Source: Octopus sinensis (lineage: Eukaryota). From it: DNA of 64,000 nucleotides. Both the position numbers and the translations under genes were made by a program. The stretch is from NCBI RefSeq assembly GCF_006345805.1, contig NC_043012.1:21328001-21392000 (forward strand). The letters are read 5' to 3'. A model generated the notes under the pieces. The model made no database searches, had not been told where the DNA came from, and worked only from the letters and a program-made list of their open reading frames with translations. Shown one piece after another: positions 13,688 through 23,843 of the stretch. Positions within the stretch are counted from its first letter, which is position 1; each line of letters opens with the position of its first letter.

Positions 13688-14586
13688 CTAGCCAAGAAGA
13701 CAAGCCTCGTCCTGGAAGGTCTGTAAAGCTCGACGATGACGTCCTGTAAACCCTGGTGGAGCAAAATTACATTGTAACTGTCGAGGAATCAGCAGAGAAG
13801 CTTAGATTTGGTCATTCAACTATTCATCGACACCTGCGTATCATCGGAAAAGTTAGCAAAATGAGTCTAATCGCGCGCAGAGAGTGAATATGTGCTCTTC
13901 TTTGCTGTCACATTTCACGAATGACCCTTTTTTGGACTGAATAGTGACTGGTGACGAGAAATGGGTCCTCCATAAAAATGTTAAGCGCCGAAGTCAGTGG
14001 GAAAACACCTGCACCTCAGGCTATAAAGGACTTCACTCACATAACGTGTTGTTATCTGGTTGGTGGAATATGGACGGTTTAGTCCACTTTGAACTTTTAA
14101 ACCCAGACCAAATGATAACAAGGGAGATCTGCTGCGAGCAGCTTGAGCGGCTTAAGTCAGCGTTAGAAGAAAAAGGACCATCTTTAGTTTCAAGACGAAA
14201 GGTGTTCTTCCATCAGGATAATGCTCGGCCTCATACAGTGAGGATGACATTCCAAAGGCTGGAATTATTTGAATGGGAAACGATGAACCACCCACCATAT
14301 TCGCCAGACATTGCCCCGTCTGATTATCATTTATTCGGCAGTCTTCAAAATCATTTGGACGGAAAAATATGAATTCTGTAGACGAAATCAGAACAGTACT
14401 GGAGGAGTATTTTTTGTCACAGACAAGTGAATTTTGGAAGAGGAGCCTTACAAGTCTACCAGTTAGATGGAAGACCATTGTAGAAAATTAAGGAGAGTAT
14501 ATTGTAGATTAAAAAAGAACTTTATTTATCTTAATTTTGAAAAATAGAAGTATAAAAAACCGCATTATTTATGGGATGACCCAATA
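13688..14586 (+). mobile_element. Defective mariner (DD34D) transposon, 5'-truncated, with right TIR
   Basis: ORF 13944..14372 has MTGDEKWV, FHQDNARPH and HPPYSPDIAPSDYHLF. Right TIR rc TTGGGTCATCCCATAAATAATGCGGTTTTT plus TA ends at 14586. The WVPHEL region is deleted. Confidence 0.95.
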
Positions 14587-14587
14587 T

Positions 14588-14619
<32 letters not shown>

Positions 14620-14789
14620 ATATATATATAATATACATTATATTATATACATTATATTATTTTTGTAATTTACTTAATCTTTACTTTTTAATTGTTATTC
14701 TAATTTTAACTTTTCTATTATATGTAATTTTCTAGATGGTGTAATTTAATTATTCAAAGGTAGTTTCTTTCTAATATTTTATAGATATA

Positions 14790-14960
14790 TATTGGAAGAA
14801 TTCACAAAAAAACAAAAGGCGAAGACAGGTGGTGTAGACAACAAACAGATGTATTAATATAACGCTTGGGAAGTGAAAACGTCTTTAATGTTTCGTGCCT
14901 ACGCTCTTCCACAGAAAGGAACACAGAAAGAAACAAGGAGAGAAAATAAAGAGAGAAAAT
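14790..14960 (-). mobile_element. Penelope-type pseudo-LTR module with degenerate hammerhead (14883-14918)
   Basis: rc CTTT-CTGTGGA-AGAGCGTAGGCAC-GAAA-CAT-T-AAAG, followed by the same tail (..ATACATCTGTTTGTT..TACACCAC..GTCTTCG..TTTTGT) as 23407-23480. Confidence 0.7.
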
Positions 14961-15555
14961 AGAGAAAATAAAGAATATATATACACACAACGAGAGTGGG
15001 GAGAGAGTTTTAGATAGATAGATGATGCGTTAAATACACAGGTATGTTTATATTGGCGTTTGTGTGGCTCGGGTAGGCGTGGGTGTGGGTGTGTCGTTAT
15101 ATCGTTTGTGTAAGTTTGTCCGAGTTTAATTTATTGAATGTAAATATTGTAGAAAGTTCCGTTCAAACTGGGATGAAAAGAGGGAAGAGAAAGAGAGAGG
15201 GGAGAGAAAGGGAGGGAGGAGAGAGACAGAAGAGAAGGAGAGAGAAAGAGAGAGAGGGGGAGAAAGAAGGAGTTTGGTGTCAGATTCTTGGCGACATTTA
15301 GAGTGCAATGTTCCAATTCTGTAAAAAGTAAGACGTCATGTTATAATGTGGGAAATGGGCAGAGAATCGGTTAAATAATAACTTCTGACTAATTAGGATG
15401 CATGATGAATACACTAATTACAATTTACAAACACATTTTCGAAGACAAGAAAAAAAAAAGAGAGAGAAAAACAGAAACACATAAACAAGGTCTTAAAGTC
15501 CATTCTTTTCAATGTATTCATTGCCCTGACGTATTTACATGTCTTGCCTTATCGT

Positions 15556-15599
<44 letters not shown>

Positions 15600-16090
15600 A
15601 CGCACACACACACACGCATTCACATTCACACTGGTGCGCATGTGAGCGCTCATACAACAGAGATCCTGTCTCTTAGTCGCAAGCCTATTATATAATTGTC
15701 AGTGAGGGAATCCGTTTAAGCTGTACGCCTACGTGGAAGAATTCCGTACAGAATAGGTTATTTGTCGTATATATTAGGAACACAACGTACACACATGCGC
15801 ACACGCCGCACTTACACACACACAGACACAAAACACACGAACGCATAGAAATATGCACACATGCGCACACCCATATACACATACACGCAAATGTTTGTTT
15901 ATACGTAGAGGTGGAATCAATCGACGAAGGATAATACTATGTATGTGTGTGTGTGTTTATACATATATATTATATATATATATATACCGGAGTAAACACA
16001 TAAATGTGAAACAAGGTGGAAAAAAGAGTACTCAAATACCAGTGGTAGAGTAATATGCTTTATTTAAAGCAGCAGAAAATTCAACAAAAC

Positions 16091-16128
16091 CTGTTACTCG
16101 GAGTTTCACGTTCCCGTTCGTCGGACAG
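16091..16128 (-). ncRNA. Minimal type I hammerhead-like motif (variant core)
   Basis: rc CUGU-CCGACGA-ACGGGAACGU-GAAA-CUCCGAG-UA-ACAG. Stem I CUGU/ACAG, stem II ACG/CGU, stem III ACUC/GAGU. Confidence 0.6.
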
Positions 16129-16137
16129 TTTTTGCAA

Positions 16138-16175
16138 CTGTCCGACGAACGGGAACGTGAAACTCAGAGTAACAG
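16138..16175 (+). ncRNA. Minimal type I hammerhead-like motif (variant core)
   Basis: CUGU-CCGACGA-ACGGGAACGU-GAAA-CUCAGAG-UA-ACAG. All three stems close correctly. The core deviates from CUGANGA at U4 (C), and 10.1:11.1 is A-U. Confidence 0.6.
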
Positions 16176-16243
16176 GTCTTGTTGAATTTTCTGCTGCTTT
16201 AAATAATACATATATATATATATATATATAATATATAGAGAGA

Positions 16244-16291
<48 letters not shown>

Positions 16292-16463
16292 AGGTTATGA
16301 GAGAGAGAGAAAGAGAGAGAGAGCGGTTATGAGAGATAATGGTATCAGTGAGACCCAAAGGTGTCAGGTAATGCTGAATAAGTGCTATAGATAGACCATA
16401 GTTGAGTTCCAGGTTCGGTGATTATGCAAATATACATACACACACACACATATACATATATAT

Positions 16464-16518
<55 letters not shown>

Positions 16519-17074
16519 ATGTTTGTATAAACACGTATACACGCATTTATACCTAAACACACACGTACACGCATTCATACATAAACACGCACACACGTAC
16601 GTACATACAGCTTGCTATTAACCTGTTTTATTGACCTTATGACAAAAGAAGAGATTCCTTCAACAAAATCCCTTTTTTAATTTATCCTTACAATGGTACC
16701 TGCGAGAGAAAGTAGCGGTCTCTCGTCTTATTTTCTTTCTTTTTTTTTCTTTGCTTTTCATCCGCTTTTCTCTTGTTTTTTTGCTTAGTTACAGCTAAAA
16801 GGATGACGCTCTGCTCCGTTATCTCAATTTGCTTCAAGATTCTATTCAGAATAGAACTTACTCCGATTCTATCGCCACAAACGAACAAACACAGCAAAAC
16901 AAATTTCTAAAACAATGGCATTCTCTGGTGTAGTTTTTTTTTAATCCTTCCTTTTTCCTATTATTCATTATAAAACCAACCGACATAGTAATGTATGTAC
17001 CGGGAGACATGATCATAGTTGAAATTACGTATTGCTCATCCACTTTTCTGGATATGTATGTATGAATATGTTTG

Positions 17075-17112
<38 letters not shown>

Positions 17113-17136
17113 ATATATGTATGTATGTGTGTATGT

Positions 17137-17184
<48 letters not shown>

Positions 17185-18622
17185 ATCTGTGTGTATATAT
17201 ATATATACATATATGTGTGTGTGCGAGCGCGTGTGTATGCGCGCACGTGTGTGCATATTTCACACACACACACGCATATATATATATAGTCAATAATGAT
17301 CTAATTTCGAGTGAACTTTCGTTATTTTTTCCTCTATGCCTGCGTGAATTGTTTTTGAGTATACATTGCCTGGGATACTCTTCTTACAGTGGAAGAAATA
17401 GATAAATTTTGGGGCTGCTATTTCTAAAAGTTCGGTATGTGGTAAAGCAAAGTTCTTTGCTGAACTCTAATTAAATATATATATATATATATATATACAC
17501 GAGTGATCTGCATATACTTGAAGCATACACTGTTGAAAGCCTTCTATACTGCGGTATTTGTTTCGGAAAAGCATCTATAATGTTAAGAAAACCGGTCAGT
17601 AATAACGATTTTCTATTCAGCTTGCTTTCTAAATGAGACATCGTTGACCTTTTCAGTCACTGTTTACTACTTCAATTATCAGCCAATTTTCGCTTAGCAT
17701 GCTGGTGCCAATGGTTGTTTGCTTCTGATGAAGGTGAAAAGCTGAAATCTGGACTTAGCAATGCTAACGTATTACTGGGCAATTTTCGCCTGCAGCTGAT
17801 GTATTTCTTTGTTAAATGAGGCCGAGGTCAACTTTGCCTTTATAGGTCGATAAAATAAGTACCTGTTGAACACTGGAGCCCATATACTGGACTTCCCCTT
17901 TCCCTCAAAATTACTTGCCCTGTGCAAGAATAATTTAGACAATAAAACAGCGAGCCGATAGAATCTTCAGCGTGTCGGAGAAAATGTTTTGCGATATTTG
18001 TACATTCTGAGTTCAAATTCCGCCAAGATCAACTTTGCCTTTCACCTTTTAGGGGGTTGATCAAATAGAGTACCAGTGAAATACTGGAAGTAGGTGATAG
18101 TGATTCTCCCTCTTCCCTCATTATTACTGGCCGTGTGCCTAAATCCAAATTCGTTAATTAGACGCAATAATAGAGACCTTAAGAAACCTTTATGATTTAA
18201 AGTAAAAGAAATCGTTATTGTAGGTTATAATTTTTGGTACAATGCCAGAAAGTTCGGGGAAGGAGGAAAGTCAATTACATCGACCCCAGTGTTTCACTGG
18301 TACTTATTTTATTGACCCTAAGAGGGATGCTCACCGGCATTTCATCAACCGGAGTTCGAATTCCGCCGAGGTCAATTTTGCCTTTCATCCCTTTTCGATC
18401 TAACCAACTGACCAATTTATTTCAAAATTTCAGGTCTTGTGCCTATAATAGAAAGTCTGACTGAGTTGATCCAAGATCAAAGACATTCTAGCCGCGACCA
18501 TCTCGCCACTTGAGGAATATCTGGAATATCTGGAATGACGTGACCCAAAATGTCTTTATTTAATAATATAAGATGTATTAAAAAAAGTTCGACTGTTATT
18601 TCTAGCTTATCAAGCCACTGCG

Positions 18623-18657
<35 letters not shown>

Positions 18658-19722
18658 AATGCTTTCTTGCTAGTATTTCTGTTGTTAGAATTAATGGCAT
18701 TTTTTAATATTAAATGTTGCAGCTGTTGTCGTTGATGTTATGACTTCGTTTTAATGTTTCTTCTGATGTTGCGGTTCTTTTTGCTTTGCTTTGTTTCTGG
18801 TTAACATCATTGATGATTAACTTAATATTGCAGTTTAATGCTTTCCCATGCTTTTGTTCTTAATATCGCCGCTGTATTACCGTCGTTGTCTTTTGTTTTG
18901 TTTTGTTTTTTTTTATTTATTACCTTAGCGAAAGCGGACGCATTGTTTCCAATCGTGTTTGTGTATCCGCGGACAAGATATCTCAAGAACCGCTTAATGG
19001 ATTCGGATGAAGCTTTCAGGGATGTTCGGCCTCGTGACTAGCACGAACTGGTTAGATTTTAGGATCGATCCGGTATCGAACAAGGATTGTGGAATATTTT
19101 TCCTGTTTTGTTTTTTTTTCTTCTTTTGAGAGCGATCGGTTTCATTTTTAGCATTTTCGTTTGTGAGAGCATTCGAGTTTATTTCAGATATTCTCATTTC
19201 AAAAATCATCTCTGGCTAATTGAGGGGACGTTGGTGTTGCCATGGTGGAGGTTTGCGCTCTCTGAGTGCTCTTGTTATTCCTGTCATCGCACAGATTATG
19301 TTGTGGTTTTAGCAACCGTTGCTTTTTTTTTGCAGTTATCGGTGTTTTTGTTGTCCATGTTGATATTTTCATTAGCAGATTCTGTGTCTGCTGTGTTTCC
19401 TTCTACCGTTGTTGCCGTCGTGGTGATGTTGTTACTGTTGTTGTTTGTCATACTTTGCTTATCTTTTATTATTTATTTGTTTCAGTCATTACACTGCGGT
19501 CATGCTGGAGCATCACCTTCAAGGCTTTAGCCGAACAAATCGACCCCAGGACTTAGTTTCTTTAAGCTTCGTACATATTCTATCGGATTTTTCGCCGAAC
19601 TGCTACGTTACGGAGACATAAACAAACCGTGAAGTGATGGTGGGGGTACAAACACGCTACAGAGGTACGTAGTATATATATATATATATAATATATATAC
19701 ACACACATATATATATATATAC

Positions 19723-19828
<106 letters not shown>

Positions 19829-19829
19829 T

Positions 19830-20025
19830 AACTGCCCGAAACGGTCGTGACTTCTGTGACTTGACTGAGGAAAGAAAGCCACGAATGACCCGTCTTTTTT
19901 GCTTGTCCTTCTAATTGTTGCATCTCTTGTCCGTCTTGTATCGTCTAACTGTCCGAATGTTTTATTGTACTCTATTGCGCTTTTGTTCTGAGCGAGATAT
20001 AAACAGTAGCAATACAGAATCGTAA
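19830..20025 (+). mobile_element. Probable truncated Penelope-type pseudo-LTR module (hammerhead 3' half only)
   Basis: GAAAC-G-GUC at 19838-19846 directly after (TA)n, then GAATGACCCGTC and a pyrimidine-rich tail. The tail resembles a minus-strand relative at ~34745-34870. Confidence 0.4.
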
Positions 20026-20034
20026 CATATATTT

Positions 20035-20509
20035 GCCAGCTAAATGTGGCGTCCTATACAGGACAGTGCTACTGAATTTTATAGCCCCTGGAAGAGATCT
20101 CTTCCAGCTGGCTAACGACACACATTCTGCGTCCGATTAGTATTTGCGAGGGGAGGTCATCGCTCCCATCCTTAGCCTTACGTGATACACACGGACTCGA
20201 GTTTCTGAGTGGCTAACCGTCATCAGCGTGTGTTAATCACCAGCTAGTGATAAAAACTCACTCCACTCGCAAAATACTATATGTTTTTTTTTCAGCGACG
20301 AACCGTCGCTGATCGCGAAAAAGAAGAAAAACCACCCAGAAACTCGAATCCGTGTGTATCACGTACAGCTAGGGATGGGAGCGACGACCTCCCCTCGCAA
20401 ATACTAATCGGACAAAGAATGTGTTTCGTTAGCCAGCTGGAAGAGATGTCTTCCTAGGGCTATAAACACCAGTAGCACTGTTCCGTGTAGGATGCCACAC
20501 TTGGCTGGC
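20035..20509. mobile_element. Foldback / long-TIR non-autonomous DNA element
   Basis: Arms 20035-20212 and 20332-20509 (178 bp each) align without gaps with about 21 mismatches by hand. The 119-bp spacer contains a perfect 9-bp hairpin at 20292-20312. TSD not resolved. Confidence 0.85.
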
Positions 20510-20934
20510 TATTATTTCAGCTTCCATCTAACAAATCTACTCACAAGGGTTTGGTCGGCTCGGGTATAGAGTAGGAGATTCTTGCTGAAGGTGTTACGCT
20601 GTGGGACCGAACGCGGTACCATGTGATTGGGAAGCCGGCTTCTTACCACTCAGCCACACCTGCTCCTATAATTTGTTTTGGTTCCCGTAATTGATACTAT
20701 GAACGTTGTTATCAATGTCGCTGGTATCACCCCACCCCCATCCCAGGACTGTAGCAGGAGACACTTTCCCCTTGACCAAGGTGTCACGCAGTGGGACTGA
20801 ACCTGAAACCATGTGGTTGCAAAGCGAGCTACTTAACCGCACAGCCAGGCCTCATAGATTTGTTGTGGCTGTTGTTGTGGTTGTTTGTGGTGGTGGTGAT
20901 ATTGTTGCAGCATCACTTTATTTGCTTATATTAT

Positions 20935-21346
20935 TACTCTTTACTCTTTTACTCTTTTACTTGTTTCAGTCATTTGACTGCGGCCATGCTGGAGCACCGC
21001 CTTTAATCGAGCAACTCGACCCCGGGACTTATTCTTTTGTAAGCCCAGTACCTATTCTATCGGTGTCTTTTGCCGAACCGCTAAGTAACGGGGACATAAA
21101 CACACCAGCATCGGTTGTCAAGCAATGCTAGGGGGGCGAACACAGACACACAAACACACACACGCATATATATACATATATACGACGGGCTTCTTTCAGT
21201 TTCCGTCTACCAAATCCACTCACAAGGCTTTGGTCGGCCCGAGGCTATAGCAGAAGACACTTGCCCAAGATTCCACGCAGTGGGACTGAACCCGGAACCA
21301 TGTGGTTGGTAAGCAAGCTACTTACCACACAGCCACTCCTGCGCCT
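20935..21346 (-). mobile_element. Full-length SINE family B
   Basis: tRNA-like head GGCGCAGGAGTGGCTGTGTGGTAAG...GGGTTCAGTCCC, central body, 3' CCAGCATGGCCGCAGTCAAATGACTGAAACAAG and (TAAAAGAG)n tail. Confidence 0.92.
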
Positions 21347-21543
21347 ATTTGCTTATATTATAGTTATCGTTTTTCTTTTATTTATTTATTTAGTTATTTA
21401 TGTTTTTTATTTATTGCCGTCGATATTTCGTTCTTTGCGAGGTTCTTTTGTGCTCGTTTCTTTTAGTCTTCAAGTCAGTGTAACAATAAGACAGGTCAAC
21501 AGAACCACAAACAAACAACCAACGTTACTATCCAATGACTCAC

Positions 21544-21680
21544 CATTGCTGTCAAAAGAACTGAACTCAGACACCAACGCCACACAAATGGCCACACCTT
21601 AAGCATAGCCAGTATGATCACCACGTAACGACGACAAAGCACTTTTTTTCCTATGGTACACTTGTACTCTCTCATGTTTC
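21544..21680 (-). CDS. Candidate exon with a hydrophobic (signal/anchor-like) reading
   Basis: Strong donor ATG|GTGAGT at 21543. Possible acceptors at 21681 (CCCTACATAG) or 21598 (CTTAAG). ATG at 21675 opens 44 codons to the donor. The 54-nt variant reads VAICVALVSEFSSFDSN in phase 1-1. Confidence 0.25.
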
Positions 21681-21809
21681 CTATGTAGGGCGACCAGCTT
21701 GCAAAACCGCTTCAACGCCGGACAAAAGGCTAAGTAGTATTTATTCAGGCTCTTTATGTTCGAACTTCAAATGCCGGTGAGTTGTCGCTTCGGGACCGAT
21801 AGAATAAAC

Positions 21810-22110
21810 CAGTGATTCCCAAAGTGGGTGGTACTGCCTCCCTGTGGGTGGCGGAAAGATCAAGACGTTGAAGAAAAGTGAGGCAATAATAGGGTGACCA
21901 AAAGGGTCAATGGATTTAACATCCCACACTACACCTCCAAAAAAATAAATAATAAATAATGGGTTAATTAGGCTAAGTTTTATTTATGAAATACTGCTGT
22001 TTTGAAATTGCTGCAGTAAGTGGTCTACGTTTGTGATGATGAGTGGGTTGGGCTAGGAATGCGGTCCCGGTGTCAAGGGGCGGCAGCCCGAAGAAGTTTA
22101 GGAACCACTG
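21810..22110. mobile_element. hAT (Charlie-like) MITE inserted into an old SINE
   Basis: Termini CAGTGATTCCCAAAGT ... AGTTTAGGAACCACTG. The flanks rejoin as GATAGAATAAAC/AAAGTACCAGT, a SINE core. The 8-bp TSD is degraded. Confidence 0.75.
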
Positions 22111-23370
22111 AAACAAAGTACCAGTCAAGTAGAGGGTTTGATATAATTGTTTTGTCCCCCTACCCACCTCAAAAACGCTGACCCTGAACCCTGAAACGGA
22201 CCTTCGTTCCGTTCAGGGGAATGTTGTGATCTCGGTCACTTATATTGCCATGGAAACCGACTAACCGGCCCTATGAGTACTTGGGCCCAAGAAAGATAAA
22301 TAGAATAAGAAAAATACTTTTTATAAAAGACATGAACGTCACAAAATCTCGCTAGACCGTGCCCTAAAATATCCTTTTTATTAGACGACAGGATGTGAAT
22401 TAAGGAAGGTTTTCTAGCAGCAAATGCACCTGCTCAACGGGGTAACCCAGCTGAAACGACCCAATCGGCCACACGACGAGCTTCTGCAATAAAACAACGC
22501 TAGCGCTGTGCACCACCACCACCACCGCCACCACACACGGTTGGGAAGTTTCACTGCACCCATCGTATTCTCCTGGTATATCACCTTCGTATTCTCTTCT
22601 TTTTTTTATTTTGGTCCCTCACCAACTTGGAGCTGTAAACATGGTTCGATTAAAGCTAATAGTTCGAGTCCAGATCCGGCGATTTCCACCGTCAATGCAT
22701 GGACAGGTAAGAAAAACTTTGACAAGAATTTGGGATCAGTGAAGGAGAATATACCACTGATTGATTTGTTACAAACGAGGATTAAAATAAATGGAGAAAA
22801 ACGCACGAAATACCTGACAACTGAATAGATTGTACGGATATAGACTACCAGCATTGGCACGAGACTATGAGTATAGCTTGTAATATAGCTTATAATACTC
22901 ACATGGTACATCGATGCTGGAAGGATGAATGAGGAAGCTGATCTTGGTAAGATATGAAAACAGGACATAAATGTACGTAACCACCGAATTGGCATTTCAT
23001 CGCCATTACATCGATTTTGCCAGTGAATAGTATGAAATTTTAGATATGGGGAACAATCGATTATATCGAATCCAATACTTGACTGTACTTAATTTATCAT
23101 TCTCGGAAAGATGAAAGGCAAATTTGACCTCGGCGAGATTTGAACTTTGAAGTCAACTGTCTTAAAACGCATCAGTGTTCCCAATAGCTATTTCTGGTCT
23201 GAACCTCTTGTATTTTACTGTTTACACACTCGTCATCAGTATGTGATGATGTTACGCGCTTCAAATGGGTGAACAACATTTACTGTATGAGTACTCTGTA
23301 AGTATAAATATATATATATATATATATATATACATTTCTCTCCTTGTTTCTCTCCTTTTTTTCTGTGTCC

Positions 23371-23406
23371 CTTTCTGTAGAAGAGCATAGGCTCGAAACG
23401 TAAAAG
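23371..23406 (+). ncRNA. Minimal type I hammerhead-like motif, variant core CUGUAGA
   Basis: CUUU-CUGUAGA-A-GAGC(AUAG)GCUC-GAAA-CGU-A-AAAG. Stem I CUUU/AAAG, palindromic stem III ACGU. A6 is replaced by U. Confidence 0.5.
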
Positions 23407-23597
23407 ACTTTTTCTATTCCTGAGCGTTATACTAATACATCTGTTTGTTTTGTACACCACATGTCTTCGTCTTTTGTTTGTTCTTTTCGTAAACTCTCCC
23501 TACATATATATATATATATATTCAAAATGTGACCGCGTGTTTACCGTTGGCGATTTTTTCCTCCATCTTCTCTTCTTTGGATCTTTCCTTTTCCTAT

Positions 23598-23632
23598 GTT
23601 TCTGACGAAGAGCTCCGCTCGAAACGTTAAAC
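23598..23632 (+). ncRNA. Minimal type I hammerhead ribozyme motif
   Basis: GUUU-CUGACGA-A-GAGC(UCC)GCUC-GAAA-CGU-U-AAAC. Intact CUGANGA and GAAA, stem I GUUU/AAAC, loopless palindromic stem III ACGU, and one extra A after A9. Confidence 0.7.
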
Positions 23633-23733
23633 CCTCCTTCTTTCCTTCTTTCTTGAGCGTCCAATAATACAATACTTGTTCCACGTCCTCGCGTTGTTGT
23701 GTTTTCTCTTTGTGTTTTCATGCTTGGATTGAC

Positions 23734-23774
<41 letters not shown>

Positions 23775-23810
23775 TATATACAAGTATGTATATATATGTT
23801 TTTATGTATG

Positions 23811-23843
<33 letters not shown>

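Larger units (their letters stand above)
15985..16206. mobile_element. Penelope-type pseudo-LTR (minus) with an inverted partial copy forming a 71-bp-arm palindrome
   Basis: Arms 16060-16130 and 16136-16206 are reverse complements with 2 mismatches around the loop TTTGC. The minus copy continues to ~15985, next to (TA)n. Confidence 0.85.
23335..23720 (+). mobile_element. Two tandem, non-identical Penelope-type pseudo-LTR modules separated by (TA)n
   Basis: Each module is a pyrimidine-rich lead, a hammerhead-like motif, a ~90-nt tail and (TA)n. Confidence 0.75.

Noticed and set aside
16687-16906. Minus-strand 8-nt and 45-nt micro-exon candidates (the latter reading KFVLLCLFVCGDRIG)
   Set aside because: Too short to distinguish from chance, and they lie in low-complexity A-rich sequence.
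17080-17200. Recurrent single-base phase slips (TATTAT, ATAATA) inside nearly every long (TA)n tract
   Set aside because: The ubiquity and uniformity suggest consensus or polishing errors in long-read assembly rather than biology. They are used only as a caveat for frameshifts.
22641-22706. Plus-strand ATG-to-CAG|GTAAGA segment (MVRLKLIVRVQIRRFPPSMHGQ), and a similar one at ~45747-45868
   Set aside because: Isolated splice-like signals with no consistent plus-strand gene model.
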